Below, piece after piece: positions 50,761 through 64,000 of a stretch of 64,000 bases of DNA (the first letter of the stretch is position 1; each line of letters opens with the position of its first letter). Position numbers and translations under genes: made by a program. Below the pieces are notes generated by a model. The model had not been told where the DNA came from. It saw only the letters and a list, made by a program, of their open reading frames with translations, and searched no databases. Origin of the DNA: Octopus sinensis (taxonomy: Eukaryota); NCBI RefSeq assembly GCF_006345805.1, contig NC_043002.1:47368001-47432000 (forward strand), given 5' to 3'.

Positions 50761-52756
50761 ATAGCCTCTGTTTATCTTAATACTAATATCTTTTATTCCT
50801 CTGAAAAATGTTATTGTGTTGTAGGTTTTTTTATTTTTTCTGTTTTCTGTGGTGGTTGTACTGGGGAAAGATTTCTCTGGCTTATGATACAGAAATTAAC
50901 ACAAAATATAATTGAAAAACCAAAGGGAAAGAAAATAAATCATCCATTATTGATGGCTAAGATAGCATAAAATAGTTTTTAGATGATAATAATGAATTCA
51001 GATGAGTACATTATAGAAGAACCATTTAATAACACAGAAAGCTGATATATTAGCTTAAAATTTAAATTCATTTCATAAGCTAACAAAATTTTTACTTTAC
51101 AACTTCGACGTAGTCACTGACACAGTTGTATGACGAAAATGTTGACACCTCTTGAAATGAAGTTATATGTTATTACATGGTTCTTCTGCAATGTAGTTGC
51201 TTTAGTTTGAATACTTGGTGTTAGATCAAATCACTTTCTAGACAAATAAAACTCCGAAATTGAATTCAGGGTTATTTTTTAAATGAAGCAAATATTTCTC
51301 TCATTTGATCTGTATAATAAAAAGTGCTACAACTGATTCTTTTTCACAATAATAATTATGGAAAAAACAAAGCAGTAAGAACTATTGCATTTACATGGAA
51401 ATTACATTCATTTAATAGCCTCGATTTAATATTACATATGACAAATACAAAATTAATGATTTAAATATTTTAAAATTTAACCATATCTCTATCTTTTCAT
51501 TTTATTATATGTTTCAATGTATCTAATTTCCAAATCATTTGTGTTAGAAAATTTGAGTTTACACCTAGTCAAAGGATGTGTATATAAGTTGGGAAAAGGC
51601 ACCTGAAAATGACTAGAAATGCATGGATGTAAACAAAGCTAATTATCACAATACTTAATCTGAGAAATTTAGACTTATACATTCAGAATTATTTACCTGA
51701 AGTTGATATCCTGTTAATGATTTTAGATTCTATCCAGTCATATATAATGTAGGTATGTAGAGCTAAATACTAAGATTATCTAAATCTTCTATCAATATAA
51801 ACAATTAAACGAACAATTTTACAATAACAAAACAACATTCTATTAGATACACCTTAAAACCATAAAACACCTTAAAACTCAATTTATTCACTATCAAAGA
51901 ATATGATTTTTAATTTTATAACTGATCTGATTTTTCATCTTATGAATGAAAGATATCTGTCTAAGATATTACAATCCATTCTTTATTTATTTACTTTAAA
52001 TATGCGGCAAAGAGAAAAATGATATTAGCTACTGACTAATATTACTTTCATTTTCCTTCTGCATGTATGAGAGATAACTCTGCACATGTTTCAGCATTTC
52101 CAGCCTCATCAGCAAGGCATAGCTGAAACATTTAGTAATTTTCAAAGCTAAGACAATGTTTACTAAAACACATTCGATTAACAATGAAGTTAAAATTAGA
52201 AAGATTGTTATTGGTTAAAAATGATCCTATATGAAGCAGATTTCTATGATTATTTGATTAATTATAATTGCTTCCAGAATGAACGTTAACATTGCAAAAT
52301 GTTTCAGTGAAACTATCAATACATTTGATTCAGAAATAAACTAAACTGTAAACTAAATTAGGTAACTACTGACTTAGGGATATATTTAATCATTTATACA
52401 GTTAAACACAATAAACATTTAAAAGCACTATTTTAACCTTTCTATTTGTACATCTTATATAACAAGTATTTTGTAATTTCAGAAACTATCAAACAATTAC
52501 ATTTTTATATCCCTCTGATGGTGCTGTGGATGTATACATAAATAAATATCAAAATGTAGAGCCAACTAAACAAACAAACACACTAAAATTTCTTCAAATT
52601 CGATTCTAGTTTCTCCTTTTACACAAACATTTCAGCAATTATTTGTACCATTACATTAACAGTTTATCTAAAGAGGGCATAAATGTATATATAACATACC
52701 TACACACACACACACATCTGAATGAAAAAATGTGTATATGCATATATCTGTATATC

Positions 52757-52797
<41 letters not shown>

Positions 52798-53059
52798 CAT
52801 AACACACCTACCTATATGTATATGAAATGAGAAATGCGGAAAAATTCTAGCAGTGCAGTAAGTTATTTAAAAATTTATAAATTCGACACAAAGGTATATC
52901 ATCATCAGAATGCAGTTGGCCTTTGCACCTGAAATATAAAGGTTCCTTAAGCTTTCTGCATTGTTAACAAGCTTTCTTGAATTTGCATTTCATTTATTCT
53001 TCTACTCCTATGTTACAATGCTTCAACTAAATTACAACACTCTTCGTTCATATAGATAT

Positions 53060-53177
53060 GGATATGAATAAATATATATGCATATATGTGTATGTATGTA
53101 TATGCACATATATGTATATATATATATATATACATATATGTATGCATATATACATATATGTATATATATACATTCAA

Positions 53178-53214
<37 letters not shown>

Positions 53215-53225
53215 ATGTATATACA

Positions 53226-53269
<44 letters not shown>

Positions 53270-54124
53270 CATCCATATATATATATACATGTATATATGC
53301 ATATATGTTTATATGTGGATATATATGTATGTGTGTGTATATATATATATATATACATGTATCTACGTGTATATATCTGTATTTGTATATATATATATAT
53401 ATATACATATGTATGTATATGCATATAAATATGTATATGTATATATATGTATATATATGTGCGCGTGTATAAATATGTATATATGTATGTGTGTATATAT
53501 ATATATATGAATATATGTATGCACACACACACACACATATATATATATATACATATATATATATGTGTATGTGTGTGTGTATATATATATATATACATGT
53601 ATCTACGTGTATATATCTGTATTTGTATATATATATATATGTATGCATGTATGTATGTGTATATATATATGTATATGTATATATATGTATATATATGTGC
53701 GCGTGTATAAATATGTATATATGTATGTGTGTATATATATATATATGAATATATGTATGCACACACACACACACATATATATATATATACATATATATAT
53801 ATGTGTATGTGTGTGTGTATATGCATATAAATATATATAGATATATATATGTATGTATATATATGCATATGAATATGTATATATATATATATATGTATAC
53901 ATATATACATATATATATGTATATACATACATATATGTATTTTCATATATATATGTATATATATATATGTGTGTGTGTATATGCATATGAATATATATAT
54001 ATATGCCTATATATATATATATATACATATGTATGTATATGCATATATATATATATATATATATATGCATATATAATATATATATATACATATGTATATG
54101 CATATATATATATATATATATATG

Positions 54125-54158
<34 letters not shown>

Positions 54159-54179
54159 CATACATATGTATGTATATGC

Positions 54180-54210
<31 letters not shown>

Positions 54211-54236
54211 CATACATACATATGTATGTACATGCA

Positions 54237-54268
<32 letters not shown>

Positions 54269-54565
54269 CATACATACATATGTATGTATATGCATATAAA
54301 TATATATATATATGTATATTAATAAATATATATGTAAGCATATGCATCTAAATATATATATATATGTAAATGTATATATATATATATATATTTATATGCA
54401 TATACTTACATATATAATATATTTATTAATATACATATACATACGTATGTATGTATATATATACATACATTTGTATATATATATATGCATATAAATATGT
54501 ATATGTATATTAATAAATATATTATATATGTAAGTATATGCATCTAACTATATATATGTAAATGT

Positions 54566-54597
<32 letters not shown>

Positions 54598-54660
54598 ATG
54601 CAAATTAATATATATATCAATGTATGTGTATGTCTTTGTGAATATTATTTTCATATATAT
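53060..54660. repeat. 1.6 kb compound (TA/TATG/CATA) microsatellite with internal higher-order duplication
   Basis: Directly visible. Confidence 0.95.
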
Positions 54661-54742
54661 ATGATATATTTTATATGTAAATGCTAGACCACCGGTTTTA
54701 AATTGATATTAATCAAATTAATATTCAATTTTTCACCCTTAT

Positions 54743-54781
<39 letters not shown>

Positions 54782-55222
54782 TACAGATATACATGTCAGT
54801 AGTTGGTATTTTTTATGGACATTACTCATTACTCAGAATATATAGGCAAAAGAGTATGTATTTAGTTGTGGTGGCTGTTGGCTCATGCATACATGTCTGA
54901 TGGACTAGATGTCTACAACAACAAATTGAATAGATTCTTATCTGGTCTTGTGCTGATGCAGTTCTAATCAATGACTGTATAAGTCACCAACAACTCATTT
55001 ACAAATATAGATACCTACATAATGAATTGAGGGCTCTTTACTTTCATTGTCCAGTCATAGGGAAATATTGCTTTGCTTGAAAACTAGAAAGGACCTGGTT
55101 GTAGAAAATCTGCCTCAATGAATTCCACTTGACCCATGCAAGCATAGGAAAGTGGACATTTAAACAATGATGTGAGGAAGGTGATTACACACACACTCAC
55201 GTACCCACTTATACGTACACAC

Positions 55223-56084
55223 ATGAGTTCTGATCAATAAGTATCCAGGCTGGTGCTATAAAAACAAATTTGGCATTTAATCTTCTTCAAAGTAGTCCCC
55301 TTTTGAAGCCATGTACTTATTAATCCAGTGCTATTTCCATTAATGGAAGCATTCCTGGAGTTCACTTTCTGGGATTATTGGCAGCTGCCTCATCGCATAC
55401 ACTTCGATTTCTTCAAGATCACATCCTGAAATCTTCTTCCTTTGAAGCAGGATTTGATTTTTGGAAAGAGGAAAAAGTTGGAAGGGGTGAGATCTGGGGA
55501 ATACAGTGGCTGTCAGACCTGAGGAATGCTGAGCCACGCCAAAAACTGCTGCACAAGCTGCACTGAATGGGCAGGTATGTTGTCAGCTGAAAGTAGTTTT
55601 GGCACAACCTTGGCAGACAAAGGTCTCATATCTAAATCTTCAGTGATAATGAACTAAACTGAACTGTAACTAATCTGCACATCCTCTGATAACTCACGGA
55701 TGGTGATTCAATGATTTCCCATCACAGCTGCATTCACATCTGCAATGTTTTTTCAGTTCTGTTGGTTGCAGGTCTCCCAGAACGTTTGTCACATCTACAT
55801 TTTTTCGGCTCATATACTTACTCCTATCTATAAACTTTCTGAAACTTTGTTTAGGCCTCTGAGTAGGTATCACCAAACTTTGTGGCAAAATTTGATGCAG
55901 ATTCATGGTCAATATGACAATCACATGCTACACACGTTCCTTGCACATACTGCAGTAAACAATGGAAGTGAATTAGAATGTTAAAAACTTAGTGTGCATG
56001 CACAGCAGAGTTCAAGGTGTCAATCAGTGCCAAGCAGCTTCATTACTATGGCAACAGTCCAGATACTTATTGATCAAACCACAT
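55223..56084 (-). mobile_element. Internally deleted mariner element with both TIRs
   Basis: TIRs TCTGATCAATAAGTATCCAG / CCAGATACTTATTGATCAAA; decayed C-terminal transposase (..DLEEI..FQECFH-like). Confidence 0.7.
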
Positions 56085-56635
56085 ATATATGTGCACACAC
56101 ACACCAAACAAACATATATATATATATATATAAATATATATGCACACCTACAGACAAACACACACACTTAAACTGATATATACTGATGAATCAAGATATA
56201 ATAAGCTACGTATTACTTCTCATATAGATGAAAGAAATGACTTTTGCATTAGATAGAATATAGGTGAGTATTGAAGGAAAACCAATTTAAATAATTTTCT
56301 CTCATAATGATAACACTTTAGGTTGCAGACTTCATGTTTATAATGTATCAACCATAAATTAGTCATTTTCTGCTTCGTGAATTGTGAAAGGGGTATTCTT
56401 AGATTATCTTCTTAAAAACAACTATCAAACATAATTTTCTGTTATTGAGATAGCTTTAAAGCATATGTGCATGCATAGCTATGTGGTAAAAAGTTTGCTT
56501 TTCAACCACATGTTTATGGGTTCAGTCCCACCACATGACAGCTTGGACAAGTACCTTGTTTGTAATCCTGAGCCAACTTATGTCTCATGAGTAAGTGTAA
56601 TACATGGAAACTGTGCTAAACTTTATATATATGCA

Positions 56636-56677
<42 letters not shown>

Positions 56678-58068
56678 GCCATACATGCACACATACACAC
56701 ATTCATATATGTATGTATGTTTGCATGCATATATGTGTGGAGCATGTGTGTGTCTGTGTAAATGTTACATTTGCATGCTTCACATGAAAAAGTGCAGAGC
56801 AATAAATGGTTAAGTTTGTTTTCATTTGGCTAGTAACAAATTATCTGCTGGCTCTGTGTTTTCGAATATACATAGAATAAGAGATGCCTTATTAAAAAAG
56901 TAAAAAATGTTTAGTTACAAGAAAGCCATCTAGTTGTAAAGAAATTCTCCTGATAATTATCTGACCCATGTTAGCTTACTTAAATAACTACAAATAAATT
57001 AATACTGAAAGTAAAAATGTACATATTTTGACTACAAATTAAATTCTAATTTATTATTATTTTTATTTTATATTAAAATTTAAGGTTAGATAGAGTTGAT
57101 TCAAGTTAAACATCATAGTTTCAAGCTTAAACTGAACTGATCTTGTAAGATTATCAACATAAATACAACACAACAAAATATAATGAAATTGTAATAAGTT
57201 TTGATTTAATTGCTGGTAATTCTGGTTGATAGTTAGGTAAATATTTTCACTTGAATTCTTCAGATTGTTTCAGTTAAGTTGATAAGCATCTTACTTTATA
57301 TATATTTTTAAAAAATCAGAAAAAGTCCTGTGAAATAGAAAATGAAATCACCAATAACTATGTGTTCAATTTCGGTGTATACATATGTATATGCATGTAT
57401 ATATATGTGTTATATATATATATATATATATATCATACAGACATACACACACACACACATAAATATGTGTTTGCTTTTATTTATAAGTACATTTATAGGC
57501 ATGTGTGTGTATTGTACTGACATTCTCATGTATGCTTGTATATATGAATATATGAATTAGTTTAGATATATATATGTGTGTGTGTGCACATATATACAAA
57601 AAAATATATCTATATGTATGTAGTGTGTATGCATATATATGTGTATATGTATGTATATGTGAGTGCATATGTGTATATATATATATATATGTATGTATGT
57701 ATGGATGTATACACAAACATGTAGGTGTGTATGTCCCTAGTTGTACATAATATCATCCATATACTTATATTCATGTAAATGTATATACATCACTCAGCAA
57801 TATAAGTTGTGAACTACGTGAATGACTGTAAGCATATGTATATGCATGTATTTGTATATGAATGGGAGAGAGAGAGAGAGAGAGTGAGAGAGAAATAAAT
57901 CCCCAGAATATTATAATGATAAATTGTTTTCTTATTATTAAAACAAAAAACAAAACCTGTTTGCAATTAATTGTGCAAGTTCACAGCAGCAAACATACAT
58001 GTGTATATACTGTTTTATTTTAATAGTATATAAATTGAAGAATTCATACATATACATACATACATATA

Positions 58069-58109
<41 letters not shown>

Positions 58110-58505
58110 ATACACATTTATTTATGTATGTTGTATATGTATGTATGTATATTCTTCTGTAAGGGTAAATAAAAGATGGATAAGGAAGAGCTGTTTGCTA
58201 ATGTTGTGATATTTCCACCAACGATTAAAGATGATCCTTCAAATATGAAGGCTGATAAAACTTTAATAAAATTGTCTTTTGTTTTATTTTTTGTTTGTTT
58301 TGAGTTTTTTTAATCAACAATTTATTTTTCTTTTCATTTTTCTTTTTTGTTTTTGTTTTTCTTTTTTTTTTTTGGTTTTTGGTTTGTCTTGTAGCAGTAT
58401 CTTATAATTTGTCAAAAGATAGGCCTGGCACAACCATTAAGAATAGAGTCTAAATTGTGCACAAGAATGAAACCTATCCACAAGGACCAGACAAAAAAGA
58501 CGTCA

Positions 58506-58654
58506 TTAACTGCAATATGCAATAGGGCTACTGTCGTCTTTTCTATCTGACACCAAGTTTAGACGTTGATCATCCACTTCAACAAAATCCATACAACCTT
58601 CAAATCCAACATAGTAATCTTTTGGAAGTCCCATTGGAAGGTTCTTTTTGCCTC
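58506..58654 (-). CDS. Terminal coding exon of a laminin-G-domain protein (agrin-like C-terminus)
   Basis: Acceptor TTTTTTTTTCCTCCAG|; phase-1 frame GGKKNLPMGLPKDYYVGFEGCMDFVEVDDQRLNLVSDRKDDSSPIAYCS* followed by TGA; matches the LamG GG..P..LP..Y..GF.GC...V.V....L...C pattern; absent from the ORF track because it is under 60 aa. Confidence 0.75.
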
Positions 58655-59717
58655 CTGGAGGAAAAAAAAATTATATATTAAAATAACAGTCAAACATACA
58701 AAAATATGGAAATTTACAATACAAATTTAATAAAGAAAATACTGTGTTATTAATATAAAAGAAATATATAGTATTTTTGAAGAAAATAATATATATATAT
58801 ATATACACACACACGCGCGCGTGTGTATGTGTGTATGCATATGTGCTGCCAAGTCTGTTAATACTGCAATACACACACACTTTGAAACTGTCTAATTTTC
58901 CTCTCACTCACTTTCCTATTGCCCTTATCTTTATCCACTCATCCAGCTGTATCATTTATGCCATCCATTAGTACAGACCTCATTTAATTTCTATTTTCCC
59001 TACTATAAAGCTCATCACTTCACTTCTGCAGCCCATCTTGACATCTATGTATAGGGGATTAAATTGGACCAACTGTGTTAAGTATACTTTGCATCCCTCC
59101 TTCCCCTCTTATACTTGTCACATCAACTGCATTCATTCTGTCTGCTGTTATACTCATCTTCTCCCACATACCCTGAGTTTCAGCTTTTGCTTTACCTCCT
59201 GGGTCACATTGCCTTTTATCATCACCCTGTCCTCTTGGTCATGCTGACTTGATTATATATACTTATCTCAGAGTACCCTTGTTCACTCATTCACCTATCA
59301 CACATTCCCTTTATCACTTTCAATCATGCCCATGTCAATTAGACCCCTTGTTCTGTAGAGAGGTTGAGTAGTTATATGCTGGCATGAGGACTCTTTAGTC
59401 CGGTTGGGGACCTACTATGCTTTGTTTAGTCTTGTTTAGAACAAGACAAAATAATATCTACATTGTGTGCTTGAGCAAGACACTTTATTTCATGTTGCTC
59501 CAGTCACTCAGCTGGTAAAAATGAGTAGTACTTGTATTTCAAAGGGCCAGCCTTATCACACTGTGTCACGTTGAATCTCCCTGAGAACTATGTTAAGGAT
59601 ACACGTGTCTGTGGAGTGCTCAACCACTTGCACATTAATTTCATGAGCAAGCTGTTTCATTGATTGTATCAGCTGGGACCCTAATCATCATAACCGACAG
59701 AAGGCTCCTCCTATATA

Positions 59718-61345
59718 CAGTTGCGGCCAAAATGTTCAGAACAGCATTGTTTTCGTCAGAAAAGTAAGTATAAGTTTTTATCAAAGTAGTTTTATATTCT
59801 ATAATTTTCACAGACAATAAATACAATATTAATTGTTATTGTCTTAGATTTTGGTGTAATTTGAGGGGATAATACAAAAGTTAAGGATGATTTAGTGATT
59901 TACTGCAAAACCCATGGCGGCCAAAATGATCAGTACGGTTGAAAAAATAACAAAATAATCAAAAATGACAGAGAATACTGGAATTATTTAATATTTAGTG
60001 TGAAGCCCTTTAGCTTCAATCACACTCTGACATCTTTGACTGCATGAGGAAATTAAATTTTCAATTTCTTGCTGGGTGATCTTATTCCATTCTTCCTGAA
60101 GGGCATTCCATAATCACTCAGTTGTTTTAGGATTTCTGGCTTTCGAACGTTCTCCTAGAATATTCCATACGTTTTCAATAGGATTGAGATCTGGGCTTTG
60201 AGTAGGCCAATCCATAACAATAACCTTTTCAGCCTTAAGGAAGTTCATGACCACCTTAGCCTTGTGACATGGGGCATTGTCCTGCATGAATATGGGTGGT
60301 CGCTTAGTTGAATTTCTCAGCACAGGCAAGACATGATCTTTTACAAGTTGTTTATAAACTCCTGCATTTACCTTTCCATGTAATCACACCAAAGGGCTCA
60401 CACCATCTCCAGATATCATCCCCAAACCATGACACTTCCTCCACCGAATTTAACACTAGTCATAAGGCATTTAGGCGACAATTTCTCACCTACTTTTCTA
60501 CGAACGTACCTTTTCCCATCTGAGCCAAATAACATAAACTTAGATTCATCACTGAAATGCACCGTTTGCCATTTTTCTTGAGACCACAACACATGTTTGG
60601 TTGCAAAGGTAAGATGACACTTTTTATTCTTGGAGCTGATCAGTGGCTTCACTGCAGGTGCTCTTGCTTGTAGGTCATGTTCAACTAAACGACGAGATAC
60701 AGTTTTTCGAGATAAAGTTTTCTTCAATACAATGCTCATTTTCCGAGAAACAGCAGCAGCAGTTTTAAATCTGTCCTTTTTAACCAGCTTTACCATAGCA
60801 CGATCTTCTCTCTTGGTCGTTTTTCTTGGCCTATCTGTAAACTTTCTTGCTTCACACGAACCACAATCATCGTAGACCTTAAGAATACCGTGTACAACAC
60901 TTTTTGACTTGTTAACAATCTTTGCAATAGATCAAATACTTAAATTATCCTTCCTTCGAAGCTTAATAATCTGCTGACGAATTGGTAACGGAGTAAGTGG
61001 CATTATATTAACAAAGTACACTGCAAATATTCTTACTAATGTTTAGTAAACGAACCGTCATGTAAACAAATTCAAAACATTAGAGTTCGACGGTTAAATA
61101 TCCTAAAACACGGAGTAAAAGCAACCGTTCTGATCATTTTGGCCGCCATGGGTTTTGCAGTAAATCACAAAATCATCCATAACTTTTGTATCATCCTCTC
61201 AAATTACACCAAAATCTCAGGCAATAACAAATAATATCGTATTTATTGTCCGTGAAAATTATAGAATATAAAACAACTTTGATAAAAAATTATATCTACT
61301 TTTCTGACGAAAACAATGCCGTTCTGAACATTTTGGCCGTCATTG
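59718..61345 (-). mobile_element. Full-length Tc1 element with ~225 bp IR-DR terminal repeats
   Basis: Inverted ends each carry outer (GCGGCCAAAATGTTCAGAAC) and inner (GCGGCCAAAATGATCAGTAC) direct repeats; TA on both sides. Confidence 0.92.
59988..61003 (-). pseudogene. Tc1 DD34E transposase (disrupted)
   Basis: ATG at 61003; FSDESKF, GGGSVMVWG, FMQDNAPCH, SPDLNPIE, ends HTKY*; split by stops and frameshifts. Confidence 0.9.
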
Positions 61346-61609
61346 TATATATATATATATATATACATGTGTGTGTATATATATATATATATATATACAT
61401 ACACATGTGTGTATGTCAGTATGTTTAGTGGCATTTCATCTGAGTTTAAATTCCACCAAGAGTGACTTTGCCTTTCATGTTGTTAGGAAAAGTATCTAGT
61501 TGTAGAAGTCAAACCAGAAACATATCACTTACAAGAAACCTGCAAGTTCTATGGAGACCTCTGATCAATTTAGGTATGCAGTATCCCTAATACATTGTTT
61601 TAATTACTT

Positions 61610-61975
61610 GTTTCAGCCATTTGACTGCAGCCATGCTGGATCACTGTCTTGAAAGGTTTTAGTTGAACAATTGACCTCAGGACTTATTTTTAAAGCCTAG
61701 TGCTTATACTATTGGTCTTTTTTGCCAAATTGCTAAATTATGGGAACATAAACATGCCAACATCGGTTGTCAAGTGATTGTGGAGGGAACAGACACAGAC
61801 ACACACACATATATACAATGGGCTTCTTTCAGTTTCCATTAACCAAATCCACTCACAAGGCTTTGGTTGGCTTGAGGCTATAGTAGAAGACACTTGTCCA
61901 AGGTGTCATACAGTGGGACTGAACCTGGAACCATGTGATTGGGAAGCAAGTTTCTTACCACACAGCCATGACTGT
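61610..61975 (-). mobile_element. SINE family A
   Basis: Same as 5700-6120, more diverged. Confidence 0.8.
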
Positions 61976-63084
61976 GCCGATCCACACAGCCACAACTGCA
62001 CCTATGTTAATTTTGACTGTAGTTACCCCTCTATCTCCTGTCAGCATGGAAAGTAGACAGAAAACAATGATGATGACAACAATGCAACCACTGCTGCCAT
62101 CATCAATGTAGGTGGCAGGGATAATGACAACAAAGAGGAATTAGCTGTACTAACTCTATTGAGTTAGTTGTAAACTAGATGAATATGATTTAGCAGTCAT
62201 TCATAAACAAAGTATAATATTAGTATAGAGTGTTGAATCATTGATCCTCTGTTTGGTAATATATCATCATTGCCATTTAACATTCACTTTTCTAAGCTAG
62301 CATGGGTCAGATGGAACTTGTTGAGGCTGATGTTTGACGACCCAGATGTTCATCTTGTTGCTAACCTTCATTTGTTTCCAAGCAAGCTAATTTTTCCCCA
62401 TGACCTGACATGTTTTTCATGAATGATTGAAAACAAACAACATTGCTTGTTTATAACTATCATGTTTATGCTTGTTTATAACTATCATGTGATGTCAAAA
62501 CAAGGAGACACTCATATGCGCACGCACACATACACACATATTATACATACATACAGACACACACACACACATATAAATATACATACACACACACTGTATA
62601 AGTGTCTTCTATGATTGTTACACAGTGGGATTGAAACTGACTGGGAAGCAAACATCTCATCCATATAGCCATGTCAACCCTGTTATGAATTTATCCATTC
62701 GTAAAGCTCAGTCAATTTTCATTGGTTGCTTTTTTAATGTAATCTATGTTTTAAATTATGTCAATGCTAAATCAAAAAAATATAACTGTAATTATAAAAT
62801 ATAATTATAGTTATAAAATAAACATCTTGAGAACTTTAGTCATGAATGGCTGCTGTTCATTAAGATTTCAGATTAAATTAAAGGATCATATAATATTTTA
62901 AAGCATTTTTAAGGCTTAGTCTAAAGTAAGAAGTGCTTTTTTAATGACCCGTTATCAGGCTGAGTAGATTTTTTTTTTTAAATCACGATTTTGTTTGCCA
63001 TTGGCACAATATTTATTTCTAATATAGATAATGTAAGCAAAAAACTTTTGTTAGAAAATTGATTACACTCTCTTTTACTCATTA

Positions 63085-63440
63085 TTCTTTTACTTGTTTC
63101 AATCATTTGACTCTGGCCATGCTGGAGCACCACCTTTAGTCGAGCAAATTGACCCCAGGACTTATTCTTTGTAAGCCTAGTACTTATTCTATTAGTCTCT
63201 TTTGTCAAACCACTAAGTTGCGGGGCGTAAACACACCACCATCGGTTGTCAAGCAATGTTGGGGGGACAGACACAAACACATAAACACACACATACACAC
63301 ATATATATACATATATACGACGGGCTTCTTTCAATTTCTGTCTACCAAATCCACTCACAAGGCTTTGGTCAACCCAAGGCTACACTAGAAGAGACTTGCC
63401 CAAGGTGCGACACAATGGGAATGAACCCGGAACCATTTGT
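63085..63440 (-). mobile_element. SINE family A
   Basis: Same as 5700-6120. Confidence 0.8.
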
Positions 63441-63599
63441 TTTCCTTTTGTCAGTAATTGTTATTTGTTACTTGTTCCTAATTAGAAATTAAAGGAAATG
63501 ACTACTATTCTTTTCAAACTTTGCTTTGGTGTCCTGGACATCAATGTTTTGAAACTGATCTATTTTTCATTACATTTCGGACAGATTCAGTGCTGAGTT

Positions 63600-63780
63600 G
63601 TTCAAGCAAGAATACCATTATAGCAAATATTCTGCTCAATACCACAGATTTGCTTGTCAGTTGCTTGACCTTAACCACTTGAGCATGTTCCTTAGTGGCT
63701 GACAATATGTGCATCTTTGATGACAAGGAGGTGTAGTGGTGGAGCATCATAACCACGTGTTGTGATGGATTCTTTAGGTT
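63600..63780 (+). mobile_element. Repeat family X internal fragment
   Basis: CAAATATTCTGCTCAATACCACAGATTTGCTTGTCAGTTG..CTTAGTGGCTGAC matches the reverse complement of 28300-28440. Confidence 0.75.
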
Positions 63781-64000
63781 GGAATAAATGTAGGAAAAGG
63801 AAAATTTGGAGGTAATATTAGCCATTTTTCATACTTTCTAGGAGTAAGCAAATAGGAAATAACAATTGCTACCCATGGACAAAAATCGTGTTATTTAATA
63901 ATAGAGAAGCTGTTGAAAATAAGCATGCATATATATATAAAAGATACAGAAATAATTTATTCTCAAATGCATGATAATGTTAATACAATAGCATGAACAG

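Noticed and set aside
52870-52931. Possible alternative minus-strand last exon (TTTATATTTCAG|GTGCAAAG.. giving GAKANCILMMIYLCVEFINF*)
   Set aside because: Same phase as the LamG exon but no homology or transcript support; such acceptors arise by chance in AT-rich DNA
50093-54494. Dozens of 60-260 aa ORFs ([12 protein letters not shown])
   Set aside because: Translations of dinucleotide and tetranucleotide microsatellites; the same applies to poly-I, poly-Y, poly-L and poly-N ORFs over (AAT)n tracts

Overview
AT-rich animal genomic DNA. The SINE families and microsatellite load suggest a coleoid cephalopod such as Octopus; this is an inference. Bases 1-48.5 kb are almost entirely nested transposons: several lineages of R4/Dong-like RLE non-LTR retrotransposons sitting in (AAT)n tracts, tRNA-derived SINEs, a Helitron, hAT, maT, Tx1-like and Gypsy remnants. 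The standout is a ~7.9 kb Penelope-like element (28856-36750) inserted in a (TA)n tract. It has an uninterrupted RT + GIY-YIG reading frame, a 3.6 kb modular 3' region and near-identical 1.75 kb inverted arms, each carrying an intact minimal type I hammerhead ribozyme. The R4-like copies show 23-24 nt duplications at their 5' junctions, a shared in-frame TGA and a twin-priming-like inversion. The only host coding sequence I can support is a minus-strand terminal exon (58506-58654) encoding the end of a laminin-G domain (agrin-like). An IR-DR Tc1 element lies in the intron upstream of it. Most short ORFs in the track are microsatellite artefacts. Repeat boundaries are by eye (about +/-20 bp unless stated).
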